A stretch of DNA of 64,000 nucleotides, taken from NCBI GenBank assembly GCA_965649825.1, contig OZ287697.1, positions 186,001 to 250,000 of the forward strand, in the 5' to 3' direction. Position 1 is the first letter of the stretch. Every line of letters begins with the position of its first letter. The notes beneath the pieces were generated by a model. The model worked only from the letters and a program-made list of their open reading frames with translations. It was not told where the DNA came from and searched no databases. The DNA comes from Penicillus capitatus (lineage: Eukaryota; Plantae; Chlorophyta). Positions 1 to 11,588 of this stretch are shown one piece after another. The translations under genes and the position numbers were made by a program.

Positions 1-11
1 GATGTATGTAC

Positions 12-224
12 CTTCATGAGCTTCGGGTAGTTCAATTCTTCGAGGGCGTGACCGACCCAACGCGTGATGTTGTCGCCGGCGCGACCCGTCATGAAGTCCA
101 AAGCATTTCCAAGCAACGGAAGTCCGCGCGGCGAGGGTATTTTGTGTAGGTCATATTTCCATCTTTTCGGCAGCTGACGCAGCAACAGCGCGAGGAGAAG
201 GAGACAGAGAATCTCGGTAAGCAT
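12..224 (-). CDS. Cytochrome P450, exon 1 only (gene runs off the left edge); paralog of the P450 at 8081-9713
   Basis: ATG at 224-222, 71 codons (MLTEILCLLLLALLLRQLPKRWKYDLHKIPSPRGLPLLGNALDF...YPKLMK), then donor GTACAT at 11. Near-identical to 9501-9713 (offset 9489). Confidence 0.85.
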
Positions 225-811
225 CGTTCAACGTAACAAGCGAGGCTGCGGCGTTGAGAAGATCTCGAAGAACACAACGACGTGTCAGGCACAGAAGCGC
301 TTTAAAGTGTTTCGAGCACAGCGCCTCTGTCGCATCCGCCAGCCACAAAAATGGGGATGATGCGATTTGTAGAGGATCTCTGTCTCTAAGATCTTCTGCG
401 TTTACATTCGTCTGTTCCCGAGAGAGCGATAACTGACTTCTTCGGTTTTAGCGCAGCGCGGATTTCGGATCTGAGAACTTTAAAAGAAGAACATGTAGAA
501 TCACGATTGCTGCTAAGAATATCCCATCGACTGTTCTAGAGAAAACAATACGACAGACGCAGATACGCCAGAGCATGGTAGTAGTGGTGTAAGACCAGCG
601 GCACTAATGGTAGGTACTCATAACTCGGGCTCGGCCTACTCCTAACACAAACAAACTTAGAGAAACCGAAGCCATTATCCGAATCAGAACAGTTCAGTTT
701 TATCAAAGAAACTGGCTCCAAGGGAAGACGAGGTTTCCAATTCCTGAATACTATCTAATCAAATTGCATCTGGAAACGCTTTATTTGGAACGCCACATGG
801 TGTCATGTTTC

Positions 812-964
812 TGTCAATGGAGACAGCTGTTAGCTTCAAACTGTCTTACTATTTGGACAGCTGTTCCCTTCCGGTTTCCATCAGCGTCTACCTATATAAA
901 CAGTCTCTTGTTACGCATTCTACTCTCTGTAATTCCGTTGTGTTTGTGGCAGTATACCTCGACG
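812..964 (+). mobile_element. 153-bp solo-LTR-like insertion
   Basis: Absent from the duplicated copy near 10355. Starts TGTC, ends GACG (GACA expected). Flanks GTTTC/GCTTC (5-bp TSD, one mismatch). Contains TATATAAA followed by TGTAA. Confidence 0.5.
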
Positions 965-1043
965 GCTTCTCGTCATGATTTATGCCATATTTATCTCATG
1001 CATAAAAAATGCCTCACCAACGTCACACGATTCATCATGAATC

Positions 1044-1853
1044 TGTGAAGATCGTTTGCTACTACTCTCCCGCTCTACCGCGTCTACGATGTCCTCGGGC
1101 CTAACGCGAAACCTTCTCTTGGTTGCGCGACACGCGAGAACGCCGAGGGGGAGAAGCAGAGGGGTCGTGCTCATCTTCGGAACGACTCATCTCACAAACG
1201 CAGCAGAAGTCTTGAGGTAAGATGATGATATGCGGGCAAGAATGGCGAAGACCTGCTCAGAGATGCAGCCAAGAGAGACAACTTGTTACAGCAACGATAG
1301 ACAGCAGAAGTTTTGAACGACAGACTAAATGATAGCAAACACAAATCTTAATGGAGATGCTGTGCGTCAGTAGTCGATGAGGTGGGAGAAACAAGAGGTG
1401 AAGGATCGCGAAACAAATGTTATACGAAAGATTGTTGGACTTCCCTTTTAATGTCCTCTAGTTCATTTTATTGCTTCAACTTAAATCATTCATTTCCACA
1501 ATGCAAAGCGAAAGACGTGTTATCTGTAAAGTCTTGGCTTTTATACTTTTCTATGGTTTGGACCAATAGGACAAAGTAGGAACACTCAGGAAGTTCAAGA
1601 GTGAGTTCCCGAGGAAAAAGTTCAAGAGTGACTTTGAAAAGTTCAGCATGACATTCTAAAAACTTTCGAAGAACTTCAATGTGAATTCCAAAAGAGTTCA
1701 CAGCCCTCGTCATCACGCCTTCCTCCCAGCAACCGGTTGGGGCAATGGTTCGTCGCTCGGCCAAAGGCAGAAACTCGACAAATGACAAACAAATGCTCAA
1801 GTTAGAATGCTGTCCCATCACCGTCAGGCCAGAGGTGGTGCCATTCTTTTACA
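1044..1853 (+). mobile_element. 810-bp LTR-like insertion (solo LTR or non-autonomous derivative)
   Basis: TGTGAAGA...CTTTTACA termini and a perfect 5-bp TSD GAATC (1039-1043, 1854-1858). The paralogous site near 10600 is empty. A diverged relative lies at about 18270-18530. Confidence 0.65.
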
Positions 1854-2620
1854 GAATCGTCCGCCTCTTCACAAGTCTTCTGTCGACAGAAGTTCCAAAG
1901 TAAAATACACCGCCAATTTTTCATCAACAGGTATCCGATGAAAACCATCTCGATAGTGAAGGCACGTAACAATTGCCGATGACGCAGCAATTCTTCCACC
2001 GCATGCATAGCGCAAGGAAGCTCGTGGTCTAACTTCCGTCAAGCTTAGTAAGTGTTCCGCGACTACTCGGTAGACGGATGCAGTCTGTCATTTCACTTTC
2101 CTTAAGCATAACCGGAGACATTCTGGCTAGTTCTACTCAGAAGAATCTTTTAATATACCATATGACCTCCAAATTCTTCGACGGAGCTTGTATCTTTTCG
2201 TTTGCGGCGAACCCATTATTTCAGATGAGTCGTTATTCGATGGAGCTATACGTTTCACGTCCCGCTGAAATTCGTATAGTCGACATAAAACCTAGTCTTC
2301 TCTTACCTATCTCGTCTTGATCATTCTACATCCCGAACAATAAAGAAGCGCGTTCAACACACTCACCGATATGAAACAAGATGGAATCTCGTCCTGCTGT
2401 TTATACCAATTCTTCTCGTACGACACTTCCGTTCCTCCTGCCAAAATCCCTTGCTGAAGGTCGGTGTTCGACCGCGCGAATCTCGCACGATGCAGCAGTC
2501 CGGTCACAACTCGAAGGCTCTGGCACCGCCCCCGACCCGGTGCGCACGGCGGTAGCCTAAGCGGCTCACACGGTGCGGTACCGGCGCGATCAGCGTCAGT
2601 CCCTTGAGGTACTCGACGCC

Positions 2621-4108
2621 ATGAGCAAGGATGAACTCCTGGCTGTGAACGTTGCGCTCCGGGCCTGTACCACACAAATGGCCGCCACTTTGGATCCAGC
2701 TCAGTTCGTTCAGAAGATCAAGGCATATCTGACAGTCCATGAACGAAGAGACGTCGCACAGATCCATCTCGCCCGACTCCTTGAACGCACCCGTGACCAA
2801 CTCCTTTTGACTCCCGAGGCTCCAGACACGGATGCTCGGAACGAAATGTCCAACATTACGCAAATCTGCCGCTCACGTCTATCGGTGCCTCCCAGCCAGT
2901 TTCTCAGAGCCCTCTCAGACGATCTACGCCGTGCTCTCTTTGAGGTCGAGGCGACCTCAACGTTCCCCCCGGACGGACCACTGAAGACGCGGGTTACGCA
3001 ATCGATTTTCCGTATGCATGAAATACACACCTGCATGTCTTACTACCTCAGTATTACCAAGTCCACCCAATACGTCGCTCAAGCAGCGCCCTCAGACCCA
3101 GCGGCCAGCTCCTTAGCAACCCCAGCGACCGGCACCGCTCGCGAAGCAACCCGTTCGTATCGCGATGCCGCGCGTCAGAATATGCCCCCGGGCACGCCCT
3201 TACCCATGACCCTCGCCCAGAAGCAGAGAATCGCCAGGGCTCGCGAGATTCGCAAGCAAACCCGAGCGATCAAGGCCCAAGATCAGATGCGACGAACGCA
3301 GCTTCCAGCTGTGCCTAGTGACCCTGAAGGGTGCACGCTTATCGTTTCGTCGACTCGGCATCAGTCTGGAACGAAAGTTGAAAATGTCGGACCTGAAGGA
3401 CTACATAGACGACATCCGGGCTGATCACAGAGGCAGATTCCATTTGCAGATCCAGGCCGACTGGCTCAAGAAGTTCGAGACGGTGCTCGATCGATGCCTG
3501 GAATGCGAGGATGCCGGATGGAATCTGACGGGTGTAGGACAACGGTTGCGGCCCCGCCGACCGGACAGGCTGTCCGCGGGTGCCAGGGGTATCTAACCGG
3601 CTGCACGCCCTGTGTAAATAGTGTTAGCTTCGACTCTTCGCAGTTCCTCCGTTTCCGCACACCCGTCGGCGCGTTCGCGTCGCACCGGATTCTGTCGCAT
3701 CCCCGTCAGAATCTTAAGCTGGACGACATCGGCACCTTCGAATTCAATGACCCGTATCTCTCGCCCACCAAGTATGAGACCCCCGTCGTCATCGGAAATG
3801 TGGACACAGACATCGAAGCTGAAGCGGCCATCGTTGAACAGAACGCCACCCGTTGGAACCTCTCGAGTATTGAGCTTCAAGAAACGCACTTCGCGGCTCT
3901 GCACAGACTGAACCGCAGAAAATGTGACCCATCCGGATAGCCTTCACAGGACTGGACTCCGAGCCGGAATCTGAAAGTGTACATCTCGAAGACATTACGC
4001 GAGAAGCTGTTCGAAGGACAGAAGACCCAGTACGCTACGCTGGATTACGTGATTTTGCCAATATGTCTTTTTGTTCGACTCACCTGTACATCACGTGGAG
4101 ACACCTGA
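2621..4108 (+). pseudogene. Disrupted ~430-aa ORF resembling non-LTR retrotransposon ORF1
   Basis: Three lesions: extra A at 3279/3280, nested 183-bp insert plus TSD, and TAG at 3938-3940. Each is absent from the copy at 36960-37720, and removing them gives a continuous ORF ending at TGA 4106-4108. Motifs SYRDAAR and PVVIGNV...RLNR resemble ORF1 proteins (inference). Confidence 0.5.
3526..3708 (+). mobile_element. 183-bp solo-LTR-like element nested in the ORF1-like gene
   Basis: TGACGGG...CCCGTCA termini and 5-bp TSD GAATC (3521-3525, 3709-3713). The copy at 37310 reads WNLELDD straight through. Contains TGTAA. Confidence 0.65.
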
Positions 4109-4449
4109 TCACCCCGCCCCTCTTCGCTAGAGAAAACGAGATCCGTCGCCTTTTCTGACTGCGCGTCAGCGTGTCCACCTGATTATCCGATCTTATACAT
4201 TTTATTCTTCGCCCTAGTCATCTTGTCTCTACTTCTCTGTTTGTTGGTCTTGTACAGAACACAGACGCGCCTCTGATGTTTAACCTAAAAGGGGTTGTAA
4301 GAACGACCAACTTTATATAACTTCATATGCTGCTGTTTATCGAACTTTGCCGAACACCGTTCGCATACAATGGTAGTCAAGACGAGTCTCCCCTTTATAA
4401 GGGCTCTCACCAACTGAGTGTTCAGGGCAGGTGACATCGTAGACGAGCT

Positions 4450-4913
4450 TGTCGCCAAGATTTGGTTTGGCGATGGGACTGCCTCGTTTTCGATGAGGCC
4501 ACCTGGTGGGGGCGGGGGTTGAATCATCGGAGGCACTGATTTCTGGTTCTGGCGTTAGGATGACTCACTTACCCAGAGGGTCACATCACTTGGAACGGAT
4601 AAAAAACCCCGAACTTGTGCATTTTGTAAGCTTTTGTGTTTTCTGCGAACGTGCGTGTGTGAGTAAATTCCACCCTGGCTGACGACGAAACGCAACCACC
4701 ATCGCGTGCCGTTGTCCCCTACCCACCGTTATATCAAAATACGCCATATCTGTCGGCGCTCGACTTCTTTCGACGCGCAGAACAAGGCAGCCCTGATATA
4801 CGGCAGGATATCATCCAAACCGAGAACCAACGGCGTGGCCCTGTGGAAGAGGGACCGATTGACGTAGAGGTTGACGAAGAAAGTGTCCAAGAGGCTTTTA
4901 ATCCTGGGCGACA
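4450..4913 (+). mobile_element. 464-bp solo LTR
   Basis: TGTCGCC...GGCGACA terminal inverted repeat and perfect 5-bp TSD GAGCT (4445-4449, 4914-4918). Empty site GACGAGCTAGCG at about 11258-11269. Confidence 0.75.
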
Positions 4914-5247
4914 GAGCTAGCGAGAGTTAACTTGGGACACATATAGATACGCGCAAATATCGAACTCGTAGAAACGAACAGACAAATTGTTAAAGATCAT
5001 CGTCGTTCTCAAATAACCCCCATTTATATGGTTTCTTTACATGACGTTATGATTGCGTCATGCTTCATGTCATGCTGTCATCTTCTCCTTCAGTTCTTCT
5101 TCCTTCCTTGGCTTCGCGGCGGTGACAGTATCTTCACTCTTTCTGCAACAGGCTTCTTTTGTTGGAGTAAGAGGCAGATAGATGGCTGCAGGTTGCGAAC
5201 GACATCCGAATTATCAAGTAAGATGCATTCGGTCAACCTGCATTGCA

Positions 5248-5252
5248 TTACA
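5248..5252 (-). promoter_or_regulatory. Putative TGTAA polyadenylation signal of the P450 at 5430-7029
   Basis: Lies in a conserved block (CAACCTGCATTGCATTACAAAG on +) 150-180 nt past the stop of four P450s (also 11407, 34091, 52757). UGUAA is the known chlorophyte poly(A) signal. Confidence 0.45.
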
Positions 5253-5429
5253 AAGGAATATTCGTTAAAAAGCGACAATCCTTTTACTCCACATTGCAGG
5301 AGAGATGAATAGTCAGCCCACAAATACACTTTCTGTTCTTATCGTTCAGTGCCTCCATTCAGAAGACAGTGACAGAAGGAGAAGCTTTGCAGCATTGAAC
5401 ACTGAACGTCGAAAAGGATTGTAACCGTG

Positions 5430-7029
5430 CTAAAAAGTGTTCCTGGGCGCGAAGCTCAACCAGATGCCGTTTTCAGCTTCGGTGACGAGTCCTTCCACAG
5501 TATTGTCCGCCAAATCTGCATACGATCCGACCAAGGAGACCTCGTACTTTTGAAGAATAACAACGATGATAACTCGCATCTCCAGCATCGCCAACTTCTG
5601 GCCGGGGCAATCTCTGGGACCCGAAGAGAACTGTATGTTGCGTGAACGGCAGATTGCTTCGTTGCTGAGCCATCTCTCTGGCTTGAAGCTATCCGGGTCG
5701 TTCCAGTCGGTGTCAATGTTGAACGCGCGGTTGCTAGCTCGTGAAATCAATGTTCCTTTCGGAATTCTGTAACCGAGAATAATCATGTCTTTTGGAACCT
5801 CTCGACGGAAGGGAAAAGCGACAATGTGAGCCACTCGCATCCCCTCTTTAACGACCGCACCAAGGTAGTCCAAGTTTGACAAATCATCGAACTGCAAATC
5901 CCTTTGAGCTCTTCCGTACAGACCGTGCTGCTCCAGCTCGTCCAAGATCTTTCGCATGACATCGGGACGAGTGGCTAAGAGAGCAAAAATCCATGCGAGT
6001 TGATGACCGGTAGTGTCCATCGCGGCAACCACCACACCGGCAACCTCGGCAAGAAGGAGGTCGTAGTCCAGGGGCTTCTTCGTTTCTGGATCCGTCAGAT
6101 GCTTCAGTCCGTACCAGATGGGCTCTTCGCCGTTGGCGGGGTCGTCTCGGGACAGTATCTCGTCCGTAAGCCATTTCCACTCGCTGTACAGTCTGCCGAT
6201 AACCGAGGTTCGATGCCGCCCAGCCTTTGAGTTTGGAAAGAGCTTGGCGTAAACTGCTTTGAGTGGATTGAAGAGCGCTTCTCCTATGACATATCCTGCT
6301 GCCAGGATGAGATCATGCATTTCTCGGCTACCATCCAAACCCCCCAGGTTCTCGTCGAAGGCAATGGAACCGATGGCATCCAGCGTCATCGAAACAAACA
6401 ATTTCTGAACTTCGATCGGTCCGTTCTCTCTTGCAGCTTCGATGACGGAGATCATCTTTCGCATGACATCGTTGATCTTCGGCATTGCCATCTTCAGATT
6501 GTTCGATTGAAACGCGTTTAGGTAAACTCTGCGAACGGCCTTGACGTATGGCGTTGCTTCAGCATGCAGAAAAAGTGATCTCGCTTGTGGATTGTTGCCT
6601 ATCATCTGAACATAAAATCAAGTGATCTGATCTAACATCCAGCGGCTCACCGGAAGAAAGAAAGCTGTGTTCTGAATGTCTCGTGGAAAAGGATCGGTGT
6701 TGGACAGCAGCGTGTTTCGTATGAACTCGTCATCTGTGACCACTAACGAAGCTTTGCCAAAAGCGTCAATCTACAGCGACATTTCTTAGAGCTAAAACTG
6801 ACAGCAAGCATCAAACCCGCATCAGCTTCGGATAATTGAGGTACTTAAGACCTTGTCCGACATATTTCGCGGGGTTTCTGATTGCGTTGCCACAGAGAAA
6901 GTCGGGAGTGTGGCCCAGAATCGGCCAGCCAGGCGGCGTCGGTACCTTGTGGAGGTCATACCGCCATCTCCGCCAGAGAATACGCGTCACGAATACGACG
7001 AGCAGAGAACAGAGGACAGCAGTCCACAT
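5430..7029 (-). CDS. Cytochrome P450 (P450-1), ~502 aa
   Basis: Exons 7029-6817, 6770-6651, 6605-5430 with 46- and 45-bp GT-AG phase-0 introns. TM anchor plus PPGWP hinge, I-helix AAMDTT, KEGMR, PERW, heme motif FSSGPRDCPG. Confidence 0.93.
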
Positions 7030-8080
7030 GGCTTTCGCGTCGAATGACCCAACGAAACTCGAAGCTGGCAGTGCGGCCTCACAACGAGAGAAGACTGGTG
7101 TTCACAGGGGAAAAAATCCAGATGACTAATGCTGACTCTGTCTACCCTTTATCATTATCTCCATCTCTTACAATCGTTAGACGAGTTCTTAGAAAGAGAT
7201 GAGGTCCGCAAAGTCGCAACGAGCGAACCGTTGAAGTGACAGCGTCCGCTAGCCTTTGACACTGTAGTTCGTTTGCAGTAAAACTGCGAGAACCAAGAAC
7301 ACTGACGTGTATCGTTTTTTCGCGGTTTCTTGAACCAGGCCTGTTTGCTGAACGGAGAGTTTGACGCGTACAACGCGCGAACTAATGAAAAGACGTCATA
7401 TCCTTCGACGAGCGTGAAAGCGTAGATGGGACTTTGAACAATCCGCTGTCAAAATGTTCCTTAAACAGGAGTAGGTTTGCGTGGGGGGCTTTGCTCGCAC
7501 TTAAGGACTCGAATGAAATAGCTGTTGTGATGTTCTTTCGTGTGCTATTAACTAACAATTCGGCAGCACGACGTTGGAGACGCAAGATCCTTTTTCGTAG
7601 ATTTGGAGACAGATCGAGCTGTTCCTCTTGCTGTTTGTCCACATCCAGATCTGGGAGGGTTCGATCTGTGCCACCCCGACTACGCCATTGAGTGAATCTC
7701 GGCCATAGATCATCGGCGTTCGCAGCTCCTGGGATGGTCCGTCTGACTCCCATGTGTCGGCAGCGATGATGTGATCCGTTTCTGCAAAGATGGCGACATC
7801 GCAAGTCCTCCATCATCAAAGTACACGCACGCACGTCTCGAAGTGCGAATCGAGTTCCGAGTCTTTTTTTCTCATGACACGCAAACGCAAGTCTTGTGAA
7901 CAACACTTGTTCGGTGAGTGTTCTTAATTAATCAACAATGCCGTCTGTGGCAAGTAAAGTAAAAAATGTCTGCGAGACTTAAGCACAAGAATCGTCGTTG
8001 ACTGAAGTAATTAAAGCAAAACGCCCGGCGTTTGCTAAAGGTGAACTGAAGGAAAATCAAAAAGACTTCCACGATTTGCA

Positions 8081-9713
8081 TCACGCATCCGCATGAATAA
8101 ACAAATGAGATTCTCTGGGTGTCACATTCACCCGTATGCCGTGTTTCGCCTCGATCACAAGGCCAGTGACGGCACTGTCGTCAAGTTCCCGGTAACTGCC
8201 GATCAGTTGAAGCTCGTATCTCTTCACGAGGGTGATGATGGTGAGGCGCATCTGGAACATCGCCAGTTTTTGTCCGGGGCAATCCCTCGGACCCGTCGAG
8301 AACATCATGTTCTCTTTGTAACAGGAAGGACGATCGGTCAACCACTTTTCCGGAGCGAAGGTCGATGGATCTTCCCAATCGGCGTCTGTGTTAAATGCTC
8401 GATTCCCGATGCGCATGATGCGTGTCCCTCTGGGAACTCTGTACCCGAGAATCGTCATGTCACGTGGGACGGTTCGAGCAAAGCTCGCAGAGCTGACGTG
8501 GGCCACTCTCATGCCTTCCATGATGACTGCTGTGAGGTAACGCAGCTCGGACAGATCCTCGAACTGCAGGTCTCTTGCTTCGGGTCCAAACAGTCCGTGT
8601 TCGGCCAGTTCTTTCAGGATCTTGTCGACCACGTCGGGGCGATCGGCCAGGAGGGCCAAGATCCAGGCCAGCTGGTTTCCTGTCGTGTCCATTCCCCCGA
8701 CAACGACGGTACCCACTTCCAGAGTCAACGCCGAAGCAGAGATGGGCATTTTCGTCACGGGATCCACCAAGTTTCTGAGTTTGTACCAAAAGGGCTCCTC
8801 GCCCGCCTCAGGATCGTCTCGGTCGATGATTGTGTTCGTCAAGGACTTCCATTCGTTCACCATCCTGAAGTACACTTGAAAGTTTTTTTGTGCCTCCTGG
8901 CACTTAGGGAAGAGGTAGCAGTAAAGGGCCTGGAGAGGATTGGCCATGACTCTGCGAATCACATTACCGATTTCAATGATAACGTCATGAAATTTGCGAC
9001 TGCCATCTAAACCGCCAAGATTGGTATCAAAAGCCACAGTGCCAATGACATCGATCGTCAGACGGTTGCACAGATTCTGAAAATCTATCGGGCCATCGAG
9101 TCTTTCGGATTCGATAATGTCTGTCATTGTCTGGATGACATCCGATAACTTTGACATGGCCGTTCTTAGATGACTCGACTGAAACGACGTCGCGTAGATG
9201 CGACGAACGGCCTTGACGTGGGGTGATGACCCAGCGCTAAACAGGAGGCACTTTTCTTTGAGTTCATCTCCCAAAAACTGTAGCATCGTGTTTTTGAGAG
9301 AGCACTAGGTGCCGAATTTGACTTACGGGTAGAATGATTCCTCCGTCACCGACGAGCTTCGGAAACGGTTCTCTCGGCGACATCATGACCGTCTTGATAA
9401 AATCGTCGTCTGTCACGACGAGCATCGTCTTACCCATGACATCAAACTAAACAAGCCGTCCGGGTTTCTGCGTCAGTGCGTTCGAGAGTGATGTATGTAC
9501 CTTCATGAGCTTCGGGTAGTTCAATTCTTCGAGGGCGTGACCGACCCAACGCGTGATGTTGTCGCCGGCGCGACCCGTCATGAAATCCAAAGCATTTCCG
9601 AGCAACGGAAGTCCGCGCGGCGAGGGTATTTTGTGTAGGTCATATTTCCATCTTTTCGGCAGCTGACGCAGCAACATCGCGAGGAGAAGGAAACAGAGAA
9701 TCTCGGTAAGCAT
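8081..9713 (-). CDS. Cytochrome P450 (P450-2), ~509 aa
   Basis: Exons 9713-9501, 9446-9327, 9277-8081. Motifs GGMDTT, MEGMR, PEKW, FSTGPRDCPG. Confidence 0.93.
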
Positions 9714-9811
9714 CGTTCAACGTAACAAGCGAGGCTGTGGCGTTGAGAAGATCTTGAAGAACACAACGAGGTGTCAAACACAAAAGCGCTTTAAGAAAAG
9801 GTCCTTTATGG

Positions 9812-9904
9812 ACAGCACGGACTTCGGTTCCACTGCATCGCAATGCTGTACAGCACAGCACGGACTTCGGTTCCACTGCATCGCAATGCTGTACAGCACA
9901 GCAC
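9812..9904. repeat. 43-bp perfect tandem duplication (2.2 copies)
   Basis: ACAGCACGGACTTCGGTTCCACTGCATCGCAATGCTGTACAGC at 9812-9854 and 9855-9897, 100-190 bp upstream of the P450-2 ATG. Confidence 0.85.
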
Positions 9905-10412
9905 AGAATGCATATTTCAGAACTTTCTAGAGTGTTCAAAGAGCGATTATCTTATGTCAAAATCGTGTTCATGAATGACATCTGTCGGATGATGGAACGT
10001 CAGCTTCGATTGACGTGACTGCGACATCTAAAACGGTGTTGCTGCGTCGCTGTTAAGAATATCTCATCGACTGTTCTAAGCACGAAATGTGGCAGACGCA
10101 AATACAAGGAGGTACTAATGGCAGTGGTGTAAAAGATCAACGACACTAATGGTAGCTAATGATACCATGGCCCATCCTACTCCGAACACAAACAGACTTA
10201 TAGAAACCGAAGACATTATCCGAATCAGAACAGAATTCAGCTTTATCAAAGAAACTGGCTCCAAGGAAAGACGAGGTTTCCAATTCCCGATTACAGTCTA
10301 ATCCCATTTGCATCCTGAAAAGGTCTACTCGGAACGCCACATGGCGTCATGCTTCTCATCATGCTTCATGCCATGTTCATCTCATGCATTAAAAATCTCT
10401 CGCGAACGTCAC

Positions 10413-10576
10413 TGTCAGTGAACAGCTGTCCACCTTCGTGCAGCTGCTACGGAGACGCGTTGATATCACGTTCGTATACGTCTGAAGCGTATATAATCCA
10501 AACTAACAAACGTTAGAACAGTCTTTGTAACCAATATGCCTTCGTCGTAATCGCGTCGTTCGTCGACTGCGCGACA
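10413..10576 (+). mobile_element. 164-bp solo-LTR-like insertion related to the TRIM LTR
   Basis: First 34 nt match the TRIM LTR start at 51159 with one mismatch. Ends GACA, flanks GTCAC/GGCAC, absent from the paralogous site near 1026. Confidence 0.55.
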
Positions 10577-11588
10577 GGCACACACACGGGTTCGTCATGA
10601 ATCATCTACCTCTTCACAAGTCCTCTGTCGAAAGAAGTCCCAACCTGAAAAACGCAGCCAATCCATCATCGACCGGTATCCGATGAAAACCATCTTGATA
10701 GTGAAGGCACGTAACAATTGCCAATGACGCAGCAATTTTTCTATCGCATGCATAGGACAAGGAAGCTCGTGGTCTAACTTTTGTCAAGTTTAGTTAGTGT
10801 TCCGCGGCTACTCGGTAGACAGATGCGGTCTGTTATTTCACTTTCCTTAAGCATAACCGGAGACATTTTGACCAATTCTTCTCGGGAGAGTTTTCTACAC
10901 GCTTTTTGGCTGCCAAATCGTTCAACAGAGCTCGGATCATATAGTTCGCGATGAACCCAATGATTTAGATTAGTCCGCTGCTATTCAATGAAACAGCTAC
11001 ACGCTTAGCATTCCGCTGAGATTCATCATACTCCACATAAAAGCCGATCCTTCTCTTACGTATCTCATCTTCATCATTCAGCATCCAGAACAATAAAGTA
11101 ACTCATTCAACACACTCACTTATATGAAACAAGATGGAATCTCATCCTGCTGTTTATCGAACTTTGCGGAATATTGTTCGACCGCAATGGTAGTCAAAAC
11201 GAGTCTCCCTTTAAAAGGCTCTCACCAACAGAGTGTTCAGGGCAGGTGACATCGTAGACGAGCTAGCGAGAGTTAACCTGGGCAACGTATCTTCACTCTT
11301 TCTGCAACAGGCTTCTTTTGTTGGAGTAAGAGTCAGATAGATGGCTGCAAGTTGCGGACGACATCCGAATTATCAAGTAAGATGCAATCGGTCAACCTGC
11401 ATTGCATTACAAAGGAATATTCGTTAAAAAGCGACAATCCCTTTACTCCACATTGCAGGATAGCAGAATGGACAGACCACAAATACTCTTTCTGTTCTTA
11501 TCGTTCAGTGCCTCCATTCAGAAGACAGTGACAGAAGGAGAAGCTTTGCAGCATTGAACACTGAACGTCGAAAAGGATTGTAACCGTG

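Larger units (their letters stand above)
2405..4329 (+). mobile_element. 1925-bp insertion carrying a LINE ORF1/gag-like reading frame
   Basis: Flanked by the 11-bp direct repeat CTGCTGTTTAT (2394-2404, 4330-4340). The paralogous site at 11147-11157 has one copy and no insert. No TIRs or poly(A) tail seen. Second partial copy at about 36960-37850. Confidence 0.65.

Noticed and set aside
1039-3713. Two unrelated inserts share the TSD GAATC, suggesting site-specific integration
   Set aside because: The other 5-bp TSDs (GAGCT, ATCAG, CGACA, GCTTC) differ, so two matches may be chance.
7382-7906. 174-aa ORF between P450-1 and P450-2
   Set aside because: Non-ATG start, no motifs, and not conserved in the duplicated segment.
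8093-9010. Long plus-strand ORFs opposite P450 exons (also 12084-12656, 20013-20621, 22801-23658, 58753-59364)
   Set aside because: Antisense shadows that recur only because the P450s are paralogous. Starts and stops are not conserved.
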